From: Saccostrea echinata
Lineage: Eukaryota
Direction: 5' to 3'
Length of the DNA stretch: 64,000 bases
Assembly: GCF_033153115.1 (NCBI RefSeq)
Contig: NW_026889761.1
Span: 9,176,001 to 9,240,000, forward strand
Below, piece by piece: positions 26,114 to 38,790 of this stretch. The notes below the pieces were generated by a model. The model did no database searches and was not told the DNA's origin. It saw nothing but the letters and a program-made list of their open reading frames with translations. Made by a program: the position numbers and the translations under genes. The number at the start of each line of letters is the position of its first letter. Position 1 is the first letter of the stretch.

Positions 26114-28575
26114 TGAAATATTGAGATAACGAACAGTATTCAAGGTCAAAGTCCATTAAAAATATACAAATCGGGAGCAGAGCAAACGCGGACGTCCAAA
26201 AACATCAGAGGTGGGATTGGATGCAATGGAGGAGAGAGCAATACTTGCCGACCAGTCGCACACGTCATGTGCTCCTTGTCATGATCGGGAAATAACGGGA
26301 AAATCGGCCGACAATTCAGACTGTTGATATTCTTGTTTCATCAACTTGTTTGTCAATAACTTACCTTGTTTTAGGAATTTTTCATACGTAGAGCATGCTC
26401 TTGCGTATCGAATAAACTGAGAGATATACACCCCATATATAGGTGATAAGGGTATATTGCTGCATAAGTAAGGGAAGTTGACAATTGAAAAGTTAAAGTC
26501 ATCACGTTTATCATGAAGCTTTGTTGTTAGATAACCATTAGCGTCTTTTTCTTGTAAAATATCCAAATATAAAACAGTATTAGACTCTGTGGTATCTTTT
26601 ATTTCAAGCTCACCGTGATATATCGTATCGACATATGGATGGAAATACCATATGGCGGGTTTTCTTGGCAGGTGTAAAATTTGGCGTTTTGCTTGGCTAA
26701 GGGTATGCCAATAATTTTGGCGTAATTTATTTTCGCGGGCACAGGGTTCCAACTCATTGCAAAAAAGCACTAATAAGAACATTGAATATTTTAGCGATTA
26801 AAATTTTAGGGGAGTACTACCAAAACGCCAAAAATAAGCCAAAATTAGCACCCCCGCTAAAATAACCCGCTATACGGCAACAATTGTTAATTGTTAATAC
26901 GTCGTTGGTATATCCAAATATATTTTTTCTCATGTATAAGATTTTGAATAAATTCTTACATATGAATACAAAAATAGGTCTGCTAACAACGGGGCTCAGT
27001 TGGTACCCATAGAAATTCCAATAGATTGTTGGAAGACCTTGTCTCCAAAAAAAAAAAAAAAACACAGATATTGTTAATCAAGAACTCAAGCATCTTTTTA
27101 ATTTCAACTTCAGGGCACTTGTGTGTACAATCAGAATGTTTTTTTTTTTAAAATAATTTTGCAGAAGACCATTGACAAAGCAGCTGTCAATATCAAAAAG
27201 CATTGACTTTAATTTATCGTTGGGAATGGTTGTATAGAGAGTTGAAAACTCGTAAGTTTTTATGTTATTGATTTTGGTAAAATTTTGTGATTTCAAATTT
27301 TCCAAAAGATCTCTGAAAGTTTTAAGTATCCATATCAGATTTACCCCACTTCTCAAATATATTATTGCACGGTACTCCTGAAGTTTCTCTTTCACTGCTG
27401 TTAATATTTTAGTGATGAGAAAAGAAAGAGGCTTGGTAGAACATTTCCTGGAACCCGATATGTATCTTTGTTTGTAAGGATTTTTATGAAGTTTTGGAAT
27501 CCAATATAAATATGGTAATTCAAATTCATTTTAGTGGTTGGGAATATTAAAAAAATATTCAAAACTGTCATATGAATAAGAATGAAATAAGAATTTCCTC
27601 CTTAGAAAGGGCGCTATGGGTATAAGTTGGATTACCACTTTTAGAATTAAATCCAAGTTCTCCTAAAATACTATTAAAATAATGAGCCTTACAAACAACG
27701 ACAATGTTGTTACCTGCTTTGTCAGCTGGGATCAGCACATACTGATCATGTAGTCTATTTTTTTCACTTCTGAATTATTAAACACAGAAAGATAGTTGTT
27801 TTTATATTGCCCCTCAATCGTTTAATTTGGAATACATCTGATACATTTAATCCATTCTGACAAAGTGTCAAGGTCTTCTTTTTCATGTCTGGCTCATTGC
27901 CTGGCATAATCTTCCACAGGATGTATAATATTCATGAAATTATGATTCCAGTTGAAAGATCGGGGTCCCCTAAATTTTGGCCCTTTAAAAATAAGTGATT
28001 TAAGGTCCTTATTATAATCATTAACTATATTTAAGTCATCATTAATAACGTGCCCAGCAGGACTATAGTTGTAGGGTGAAGAAGAACATGAAACATGATG
28101 GAGGATTATATTTCAGATGCCCAATATCAAGGCTCTGTAATGTTTTCTTAATTAAAACATTTGGAAGCAATAATCAATGTATATTTATAGGAAATACAGG
28201 GTGTAGTCATCAATTGGAAATATGGTGGTATACAAGACAGGACCCTTGTGTGATTGAGAATATTACTTTTATTAACCGCGTCAATTTTTTTATTGGCATA
28301 TTAAAAATTAAGGAAAAAAGGGTAGTTTTAGCTGTATTTTCCTCCGTAAAACATTGGTTTTTAAAAGCCCATGATTTGCAATATTCATAGCCACAGACCC
28401 GAGCCTGTATTCTGGTGTTTAGGAATCTATATGGACTTTCCTTGACTTATACAAATAGACTATTCAAAACTTTTCAAAGGGACAGAGTAAAGTTTGGTTC
28501 GAATGTGATAAAGGCTTAACTGTTGATTTACATAAGGTAGTAGTGAATCAAAGGAGACGTGTATAAAAATTTATT
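26114..28575 (-). mobile_element. Degenerate Naiad copy (subfamily A): linker + RT + 3' UTR
   Basis: ORF pieces KEKLQEY..RSGVN..KTYEFSTLYTTIP and YLDIL..DKRDDFNF..RYARACS; colinear with ~13470-15815. Confidence 0.9.
26648..26877. mobile_element. MITE nested in the Naiad RT region
   Basis: TIR ccatatggcgggtt / aacccgctatacgg, flanks ta/ca; the RT sequence is continuous across it. Confidence 0.7.
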
Positions 28576-28599
28576 GTAAAGTTTATATGTTATCTGTTT

Positions 28600-29320
28600 G
28601 ATCTTTGGGAGTTTTAATTACAATAATACGCCCTGATGTAGATGACATTCTTCGAGACCATGAACTAATTAGTAATTTCATTAATTTTTGGCTTAAAATT
28701 CGGCTCATACATATCTTTATTTCTAAATTCACAAAGTGTGTAATACCCAAGACTGTAAACGAATCTTGACACCATTAAGGTTTTCAAAATCTTTTTAAAA
28801 ACGCATTTAGTTTTTTCAAAGTTTGGTTTTAATCCTGAATATTTTGCGTATTCCTCTACAAGTGATAATGCTGACTTAAGTGAATCTTTGGTTCCTTTTG
28901 ATAGTAGGGCTGTGTCATCTGTATATTGCAATAATTTATATTCTTTATCATTTACAATAAATCCTTAATTAATATATTATTTCTTATCATTATGCCCATT
29001 ATCTCTGCACAAAGGAAAAAAGATACGAAAAATTAGGATCACATTGTCTGCATCCCTCGCCCATCCTACAGAATTCTAAAAAAATACCATTTTTAATAAT
29101 AAATAGTTTTGCCTCATTAAATAGAGTTCTTACAGCATTTTGGAAATTTTCACCAAAATTGAAGAAAGTTAAAACTTTCAAACTTTTAAATTTTCACAAA
29201 ACTGAGTCAAATGCCTTTTCAAAATCTAGTAAGAGAACCAATCCTGGAGTATTACTTTCATTACAATATTGAATGATATCAAAAAGTAGTCTAGCATTTT
29301 CTCCTATATATCTTCCTCCT
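28600..29320 (-). mobile_element. Non-LTR retrotransposon (Tx1/L1-like) RT relic
   Basis: GRYIGENARLLFD..GLVLLLDFEKAFDSV, GCRQCDP (for GCRQGDP), QYTDDT (for YADD), SGLKPNFEKT. Confidence 0.8.
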
Positions 29321-29595
29321 TTGGGTAGAATAGAAATAATTCCTTGAATTTGTGATTTTGAAAGATTGCCAGAATCAAGACTGCATTTAAAAGAGTGAAA
29401 TAAATAGGTTCAAATAGATTCCAATATCAGACCAAAACAAAAAAAAAAAAAAATAAAAATTCTGTAAAGAACCCATCTTTTTCCGGTCATTTTTAAATGA
29501 TTTTAATACGTTAACATGACATAGAAATAACAAAAGTATAATGAATAACATGAAACAAATTCACTCAAACTAGACTAGTCGGCAAATTACTCATA

Positions 29596-32500
29596 TCAGT
29601 TTGGAAAAATAATATTGAGTTGAGATACAACTTCAAATATTGTGGGTCTTTGTTTGGGGTTTGGATTCAAGCTTTTCCGAATTAAATTGTCCACTTCTCC
29701 CCAGTTTCGTCTTAAGATTTTGTCTTCCACAAATCTCCCGGGATTTATACGCTCACCATTAATCAATTCCCATAGTGTAAGTCCGAATGAATATATATCG
29801 GATGCTTTGGTATGTAAAAATATCGAGGAATCTCGAAGTTCTGGAGCCAAATATATCAATGTTCCGCGACCAAGAATTGTCTGGACAGTATCAATGTGTT
29901 TTGAATGTCCTACGTCACAGATAACAACATTGTCGTCATCATCAACCTAAAAGAATTCCATATTCAATGAAATAGCTTAATTAAAAGAATGAGTTACAAA
30001 AAAGATTAATTTTGCATCAACACATAAATCTGCTTTGAAATATCTGAAATGAAAGATCATCTTGGATCTTTTTGTTGTACTTTCAAATTACTAGAAAACA
30101 GGCTTATAACAAAGTGCTAAGGAAAGCAATTTTCTTTCGCTATAATATCATTCGTTATATCCGTTTAGTTCATAATATGCTTTAAAACTTTCGAAAAATC
30201 ACTTCGCTGTAATCCTGATTTATTTTAAGAGTGTTCACTGTAACCTTGTTTTACTGTATATACTCAGAATTGAAAAAAACCCTGTAAAAATGAAAGGAAA
30301 TAAAGTAGTTCATACCAAATAGTTGGAGAGTTTAACATCTCTGTGTATAACTTGATGTTTGTGGAGAAATCGAAGTCCTCGTGCAGCTGCTTTTGCATAT
30401 TTGATTCTTCTGATTAGGTCAGCACATTTAAGTACATCTACAAGGCTGCCTCTGTACCTCTTCATAACAAGTTGTAAATTATAATGGCCCTTTTCAACGT
30501 GACCAGCGGAGCCTTCATAATGTACAAAGAAAGGAAAATCTTCATCAGCTTTCTTCAACGACAAATGTCTAAAAATGAAACAAAGATAACTGTGAATAAT
30601 ATCTGCACTTATATATTTGTGAACATTCAATTATCTTTTATGTTGATTTGTTTTTAAACACCTCTGTATCAAAATAAGATAAAATATTGGACACACTCAC
30701 TTTAACAAATATCTTTCCCGAAAAACTGAGGAGTCGCAAGGTAAGGATGTTTTATCGCCCCCTTTCTCCTGTGTTGATCCCTCCGCGCATGTTCCTCGGA
30801 GTTTCATTTGAATTTCCTTTACGGCATACTTTTCAATTTTTTGCGATTTTATTGTAGCTTTATAAACATTTACTTTCAGATTATGTTGACTTATTCCTTG
30901 GTCATAGTGCACTATTATCTCATCTGAGGAAAATTCATGTTGCATAATGGAACCAACATAGACGTCCCAAAGACTTTTGGCGATGTCATTAAATCTCCTA
31001 GAAACGGACGAGCGATCTGTGTTTCCCTCTGACGAAGCAAAATTTTTGTTTTGGTTTAGAATATTTACAAGTTCAATTCTATGTCTATTCATTTCTTGAA
31101 CAATCTTATTTAACTTACAGTCCATATTTTCTTTGATTTTGACCACCACCTTTTTGATGAGATTTTGTTTAGATATGCTATCATTCTCCATTATTGACGC
31201 TGCAAATTCGTAGATGGCAAAAGCAGCTATTCCCAGTCCAACAGGCCATAGAAATAGTGCAACAAACGGTAAGACGATCTTGTCGTTATAAAACAAGGAA
31301 TTCTCATCTTGTGTTACGGTTCCTTGAAATTTCCCGTATATCAGTTTTTCTTGAATTTCTTTCCTTAGCCTTGTCAATGTGTTTTCCATCTCTATTTCAC
31401 AAGCCTGTTGAAAACTTTTAAGGGCGGGGCTTATTCTATCCCTCAAGGACATTACATCCGTAATTGTAAGTTCGTCCATTCGTATTTCATGATCTAAATA
31501 TCTACTTATCTTGTCTTCGTATATCTTTTGAATGTTTTTCATTTCATTCGTTATGCTTGAATCAGTTGTCAAACGATCAAGAAAAGAAAATACATTTTCT
31601 AAGGATTCATGAGTTTTAGCGTCAATCCGAATAACATCTTCCATTGATTTCCATTGGTTTCCAAATTTCATAAAGGCGGACGTACATTCAAGCAAACGTG
31701 TTAACCACCTGTATATATATAGAGAGAGAGAGAGGAAAAAATTCAAACTTGTTCAGAAGTTTGCACATTTAAAGATGCACATATTACTTTCGTATACATA
31801 CATATATTTACATCAGTATTCAATTACATAATTTAGTTATAATATATCTATTTCCGTGTATTCCTAAAAATGCTAAAAAAGAGGAAATTATCAAATTATC
31901 AAATTAAAAAAAACGTTCTAATGAAAATTATGATTGATTTTGACTTTTTAAATCTGGTTTCGCTAATTTTTGTGTCTTTCCCAGACACTAAAACATGTGC
32001 ATCTTTTGTCTTTTGAAAACGTCATTTCATCCTATATCAACTTCCGAATAAAATTTATATACCTATCATTTTTTGATTATGTGGGGAGATTTGGTAATCA
32101 AATAACTAATTCAAAAATTTTTTTGCAAAGCCTGGAGGAAAAAAGCAAGTATAAAATAATGCACATTTGAACGCTGATATGTGAAGTATAAGATTTATGT
32201 AGACATGCAATGTTAAAAACATTCTATTTCAAAATCGTAAATTCCCCATTTTCGATAAAAAAAATCAAATTTGAATAGCTTTGAGTAAAAAAAGTACTAC
32301 ACTGCGTTACGTCGCAGATCAGTAGCCCTTTTCACAAAAAATCTTAAGTTTTTACATAGGATTTTAACTTAAGAATCTCTTACGACAAATCTTAGGTGCG
32401 TTTCACGAACGCATTCGTAGCAGATTGAACTTAAGATTTTACTTACGACAGACTTCATCCCTAGCAACGACTTCAATATGCTTTATTATCCTTAAATCAA

Positions 32501-35500
32501 TGGGTGAAAATAAAAATAAAACTTAGTTTTCAACATATGTCAGCATAACAAACATTACTGACTACAAATATCGAATGCAATCGTTTGTGAAGCAGGGAAG
32601 TTTAAAATCTGACGTCACAATCACAAGTCTGACGAAAATCTTAAGTGAAACTTCAATCGTAAATATTTTGTAGTGAATTTCATTTAAAATTTCGACATTG
32701 ATTGTGATAAAAATATAAAATATTAATGGAAATTGCTTTAAAAAGTTCAATTTAATGTGTATTTTGGTTTTTGTGGTTATATTTTTACAATTAAATCTGT
32801 TTTAAAATACTTAAGAGAGGGTTGGGGCACTCGTAAAGTTACGACCAATTTTGCACTTAAGAATTTCTTAAGAATTTTTGTGAAAACGATATTTATCATA
32901 AGTTTTCACTTAAGATAAAAATATGTCGTAAGATTTTTTGTGAAAAGATCCACAGATTACTTACATGCAGTGCTCCTCCAATAACAAGCGTTCAGATTTC
33001 ATTAAGAAATCTACGATATCTCTCTGAAGATTCATCAAGGTATTTGCCCTAGATTTCATCTAAAAATACACGTATAAAAAGTAAAACTTCCTAGACAAAG
33101 TAATAGCTATAAATTTATGATCAGGTATCATTAAATACTACCTTACCTACTGTGTAATAATGCCGTGTGATATGAGTTAAGTAAATTTAAATTTCCTTTG
33201 ATGATTTAATACTAGTACTCTAATTTTGTGCTGTATACAGTGTCCTCATAAATGTCTTCCCGGAAATCTAGAATGGCGATATTTGCAAACAATTGTAAAC
33301 TAAATTTGTAATACACCTAGAATCCAAAAATAAATATCTAGATTTTGGATATTCGAGGATATACAATTTATATGAATTTGAACATATGATTACCGGTATT
33401 CACATAGTTGCGTACAAAACTGTTCTTTTCCAATTCATATTTATGAATCTATTATACATGTATATACTTAGGGCTTTCAATTCAATATTTAGATAAGTTT
33501 TTATCAGTTAGCAATATTCGTTTCAATCATACTGTTGATTCGATATATTTCACTGAACTCGAAATGAATGACAGAGTCGGTTGCTTGAGTAAGACATTTC
33601 ATTATTAACTTCCTTTATTTATGTAGCAGAGTACTCTATCACCTGCATGTGGTGTTTATGTCTCCAGGTTGATTCGATACGCAATGGTATGTTCTGCGTA
33701 AAAACAATTTCTAAGCAGAGATAGGTTACTGACAAATAAGTTGATGTTTCAAGGATATCAAAAATCATGTTTGCAGTTCAACATTTCGCAAATTCAAAAT
33801 TCGATATAATGAACTTGCTTGAAATTACAGCCAGTCATTAGGACGAATGTTGAATGACGTATTGAGTGCAAACTATTGAGGAATTCTTTTCATACTGAAT
33901 TGTCAATGGATTACTCCATTTACCCGAACCAAGACAAAGGGTTTACGGGGATGTGACCAGTTGACAGGAGATGATTACTCCTCCATGACGCCTGATCCTT
34001 CCTCTTATATTTTTAAAAGTCATCGTTTGTTCTGCCTTCAACATGCATTGTATAATTGAACTTTTGAGCATGATAGCTATATGTTATCTTCAATTTTCAC
34101 TGTTTACTTCTTTAATCATATCTGTTTCATCTCAAGAACAGCTTGTAATTCATATGAGATAAAACACTACTTATAACCAAACAACCATTGCATTTATTCC
34201 ATGGGATGTTGAAATCTTTAAAACACGTGTAGAAATGGTACCAACCTCTGTCATATCGTCAATGAAAATGATCTGTTTCCTCACCACCATTGGCCAACTC
34301 ATTTGAATTCTGGCAAGTATCTTGTCTGTAAGATCCGATTTTCTTCTCTCGTCTTTACTGATACTTTTTGGGCAGTTTGTACAGACAAACAGTGCTGTCT
34401 GAGGATCCAAAGTTGAATTTTCCAATGCGATTACATCAGATATATCAGACATCAACTTTTGCAGCTACCATCAGTGGACATAATATAAAACACAAGAGAT
34501 GAGATATGAAGATATTACCGATGGTGATAATGATGATGTTGTTATCTATTTAGAAATTCATTTTCAAAAGATATTCTGCATACTTTTAGCTTTTGAAAGA
34601 CTCTTTACTATTTTAAAATTAAAACAAGTAGCAGGCTATATGGTTGAATTGTAACAACACTCACCGTAGGTCCGTGTATTCCATGATCTCTGTGTATGTC
34701 AATCATGAATATGAATGTATGGCACTTGTCAACATTTCGAAGATAAGGCTGAAACAATTCTTGATGGTCCGGATCGACGCCAGGGAAATCCATAAATATA
34801 ATGGGTAGTTTTCCCCTCCTCTGAAAGTTAGGAATTCAAAATTGCTTTTTGAGCGATAAAAAGACCTACGCTTCTACAAAGTTATAATAATCTTTTTTTT
34901 AGAAAAAAATTGATGTGTCTAGCTAGAAAGGAATAACTAGAATTTTCTTTCACGTTGCAGCGACAGGGTCAGAGATAAGTGATTGTGTATCGGCTGAAAT
35001 ACCCTCAGCAAGAACAAATGATTTGAAGTATAACGTTGCAGTAGTATTTAGAAAGCAATTGAAAACAGTTTATCTCGGGGTGTTATCACAATTAACACTA
35101 GCTTGTAGCAGATTATAATTACTCAAAATAGAAAATCATATAAATAAGTCAATTAGATTTAAATCAGAACTCACAGGACTTATAATTTCCAACAAGTCAG
35201 ATGCCACATCAATACTACCACTGGTATGTCGTCCCTATAATAATATTCAAAGTACATGTATTCAACAAATATGGTCTAGCCTATCTCTATGCACTTCTTT
35301 TTGATATTTGAGATGGAGCTGGTTAGGTATCCAATAATAATTTTGGATTATACAAGTCAGTTTGTTGCAAAATGAACTTTCAAATTGAATTTCATAAATA
35401 AAAATCTTGGATTTTATCTCTAACGAAGGAAAAAAAACATGTGGGAGAAAACTACCAAAGTTTTGAAACGTGCTGCCAATTTCATTTCTTTCACATGTTT

Positions 35501-38104
35501 TAAGACTTACCGGTTCCTTAAGCTCTGTCTGATGCATACTCTGAAAACAGAAACAGATTTGTAGCTAGGAAATCAAAACTATGACAAAGGTGTTTTTTCT
35601 TTTCTTTAAGTTGTTCAATATATTTTTTTCTTTTGAAATAATGAAGAAATAATGCCTTTTGATAAATTATAATCCATTTTATTTCATTTTTATTTATTTA
35701 GTCAAATTTATTTGTAAATAATTAAGTTGTAAACATACGCACCACTGTACAAAAATTTGACAATTTTGCAAGTACTAGTACTTAAAGATGTATTAATAAT
35801 TTGTAAAATATTGTAAAAGTACTATTTCTCGAGTATTTTTTTAAAAGTAATGGTATTTTCCTTAACTTGTTCCAATTGGGACTTACAGGATAGTCTTTAC
35901 AATCATTAATAGAAAATAGGTTCCAACATCATGTATTAGTATTAAATGGTTTTATTAAAATCTGTCTAATGTAGAGGAAGATTTGTTGAAAGCTAATACC
36001 TTGAAAATCGTCAATGGCCAGTATATTTCGACTTTTGTAACACTGTTTTGATTATCGGTTTTGTTTCTAATACAGGTTTGAATTCTTTTCCATTCGGCAG
36101 AATTGCAGTCTGGTGTTAGAATGATATCTATACGTTGTCCTGTTCCGTAATGTATGATCCCTAGTCTAGTTAAACGAAGTAATTTTGATAAATTAATTCT
36201 TTTCATTGCAGAGAAATGTGAAGATGTTAAAATTAATTTCATGATTTACAATTTTAAAAAATGCTCAAATTTTAATGGTTTACATATTACTTCACATCTT
36301 TATTTCTAAAGTTGTCTCACATCAAACAAAGGCTTAACTTTTCCTAAAACTTATCTATGTTGTTTTCAACCAATTTCTATGTTCAGTCAAAATTGTAGAC
36401 ATATATACCTCACTGGATTATTGTGAACCTCACAGAGAACGTTTGTACAGCTTCCGTGGTCGGTGGGTAAGTAGTCTCCCCCCATCAGTAAGTTCAGAAA
36501 GGTCGACTTACCAACTGCTACCTCTCCTACATGTATAATATAGTACAAGTTATATTACCATTATATAAGTGATTTTGTCTCTGCAATCTGATTGGTTAAA
36601 TTCCATTGGCTTGCAAAAATATTCCATACTAGCATGTAACACTTCATATCTTACGTCTATCACATTAATTCAAAGTGTTAAGAAAAGAAAGATTTATTGT
36701 CAATTAACAATTATTATTTCCATTCTTATGTCGATACGATATATCCCGGTGAGCTTGAGATAAAAGATACTACAGAGTCTGACACATCTGTTTCATATTT
36801 GGATAGTTTACTTGAAAAAGGCGTTAATGGTAATCTAACAACCAAGCTTTATGATAAACGTGATGACTTTTACTTTTCAATCGTCAGCTTCCCTTACTTA
36901 TGCAGCAATATACCTTCATCACCTGCATACGGGGTTTATATCTCTCAGTTGATTCGATACGGAAGAGTATGCTCTACGTATGCAGAATTTCTAAAACGAG
37001 GTAAATTATTGACAAACAAGTTGATGAAACAAGAATATCAGCAGTCTCGTTTAAATTCATCACTTCGTAAGTTCTATGGTCGATACAATGACCTTGTCAG
37101 CAAATACAATTTATCATTGAGTCAAATGCTGACGGACGTTTTTCATACTAATTGTTAGGTCATTATTTACACACTGAATTGTCGACGGATTTTCCCGTTA
37201 TTTCCCGATCATGATAAGGAGCACACGGCGGGTGTGACCGGTCGGCAGGGGATGCTCACTGCTTCATGGCACCTGATCCCACCTCTGATGTTTTGGAGGT
37301 CCGTGTTTGCTCTGCACCTATTTTGTAATGTTTAATGGACTTTTGAGCTAGAATACTGTTCGTTATCTCCATATATTTCATTTACGACCTGTCTCTTTGT
37401 TGAATGAACTAAATTGAAAATACTTCAAGGTCATTAAAATAGAACACAATTTTTATAAAGGCTTAAATCAGAGAACGACAGCGGAAGTGGGTTAGTCTGC
37501 AGATAAACTGACATTAATGTCCAATGTCAGTCTTGACTAGTTTGTACTTCACTTTTGAGAAAAGGGTACCATATTTGGTCATACCTGCTATGTAAACACG
37601 TAGCTCACGCTGACCTTCTTTTAAGCTTTCCATTCTTCTCTGTAGAACCTCTGTGATTGTTATACGTGAGTCCTTCATCATATGGTACTGTAGAGTTAGT
37701 TTCTCCAGCGTGTCCAGCTGACTCTCAGTAAACGCTTCATCGGCCTCTTTGTACAACTTATAGCATTTGTTGTATTTAGCATCAGAGAACATTGACCATA
37801 TTCTTTCCTGTGAATAATAATTGGTAAGTATAGATATTTCACCTAGTCTCATATTACTATCTTTCCAATATTCCTTTGCAATTCTTAGACAATATAATTT
37901 ACAAGAAAAAATACAATGTTATTCATTCTAATACCGATTTGAATTTGAAAAATGTTTGAATCGATATGGATGAAACTATTAAATACCCCTAAAGGAATAT
38001 GTCAGATTGTGGGAGAATTTTAAGATGTACACATCCAAGAAAAGTCGTATCAAAGGGTACAAAGGAGAAAAATGATTTCTCGGCGATGAAAACAATATAC
38101 ATTC

Positions 38105-38174
<70 letters not shown>

Positions 38175-38262
38175 TATATATTCCATTATTATCTTTATAT
38201 TATTTCTGTCAGACAAAATTACCATTCTATATACTTACTGCAGGGTCATCTTCACTAGCCAT
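29596..38262 (-). CDS. Dynamin-like GTPase / hydrophobic segment / protein kinase fusion (DSTYK/Dusty-like), ~900 aa, 12 coding exons
   Basis: Exons 38262-38239, 37807-37585, 36526-36409, 36165-36000, 35540-35511, 35234-35175, 34820-34665, 34464-34246, 33059-32965, 31708-30701, 30568-30316, 29946-29596; all GT-AG and phase-compatible (2703 nt). Start in aaccATGG context. G1 GEVAVGKST, G2 LPTDHGSCT, G3 DFPG; kinase YAVK, HRDVKLSN, DVG, GTLIYLAPE, SDIYSFG. A possible alternative first coding exon lies at 39504-39439. Confidence 0.87.
32323..32952. mobile_element. PIF/Harbinger-type MITE in a kinase-gene intron
   Basis: TIR core cttttcacaaaaaatctta/taagattttttgtgaaaag; CAG TSD (32320-32322, 32953-32955). 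Confidence 0.75.
33540..34099 (+). mobile_element. Old 5'-truncated Naiad copy (intronic)
   Basis: ttgattcgatacgca.. RT C-terminus plus a degenerate 3' motif. Confidence 0.8.
36692..37380 (+). mobile_element. Relatively young 5'-truncated Naiad copy (intronic) with an open 153-aa RT C-terminal frame
   Basis: ORF 36697-37158 (YLDS..DKRDDF..RKFYGRY) followed by a well-preserved 3' UTR. Confidence 0.92.
37219..37312 (+). ncRNA. Conserved structured RNA motif in the Naiad 3' UTR (reference copy; present in 11 copies in the window)
   Basis: P1 GAGC.CACGG/CCGUG..GCUC; K-turn-like GGG-UGU-GA/CUGA-UCC arm; P3 CCUCUG/UGGAGG with compensatory variants in other copies. Confidence 0.55.
38108..38169. 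repeat. (TA)n microsatellite
   Basis: Direct inspection; source of the spurious YI-repeat ORFs. Confidence 0.97.
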
Positions 38263-38790
38263 GGTTCCAAAATACGCCGGGGTCTGACCAGGTGTACGAC
38301 TATAACATGTTTGATTTAGGTGATCATAATGCTCATCAAATATGTAAACCATTATCAATAGATCATACGTTATTACGATTGGTTGAGGGTATCACACCCG
38401 TGAAGGACAAGATAAACTTTACAATAGGTTAGATTACCAAATAAATCGGGAAGTCCTACATTTGCATTGCCTCAAAAGTACCCTTAAACTATCAGTATGA
38501 CACGAAATCGAAAGAAATGATAAATTGTACTCTCATAAAATGTTACCGGAGCCATTGTTATCTTTTATATGTTATAGATTACTTTCACCCTTGTAGAGTA
38601 CAGCAGATATTAATCGAAGTGATATCAGGTTCGATGGTGATATATTTTTGACACTCTCCCCATACAAATTACTACTAAGAATGATTTGATATGCTTTTGT
38701 AAAGTTTGTTTTGTAAACATGTATAATATTTTAAAGATTTACTGAGACAAATTGCCCAATTTAGCAATAATGATACTTTTAATTATATTA

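Noticed and set aside
37234-37277. Naiad 3' motif as a canonical SECIS element
   Set aside because: It has a GUGAC/UGAU core, but helix II is only ~4 bp and there is no conserved AA at 11-13 nt
37989-38319. ORFs with YIYIYI repeats
   Set aside because: Translation of a (TA)n microsatellite
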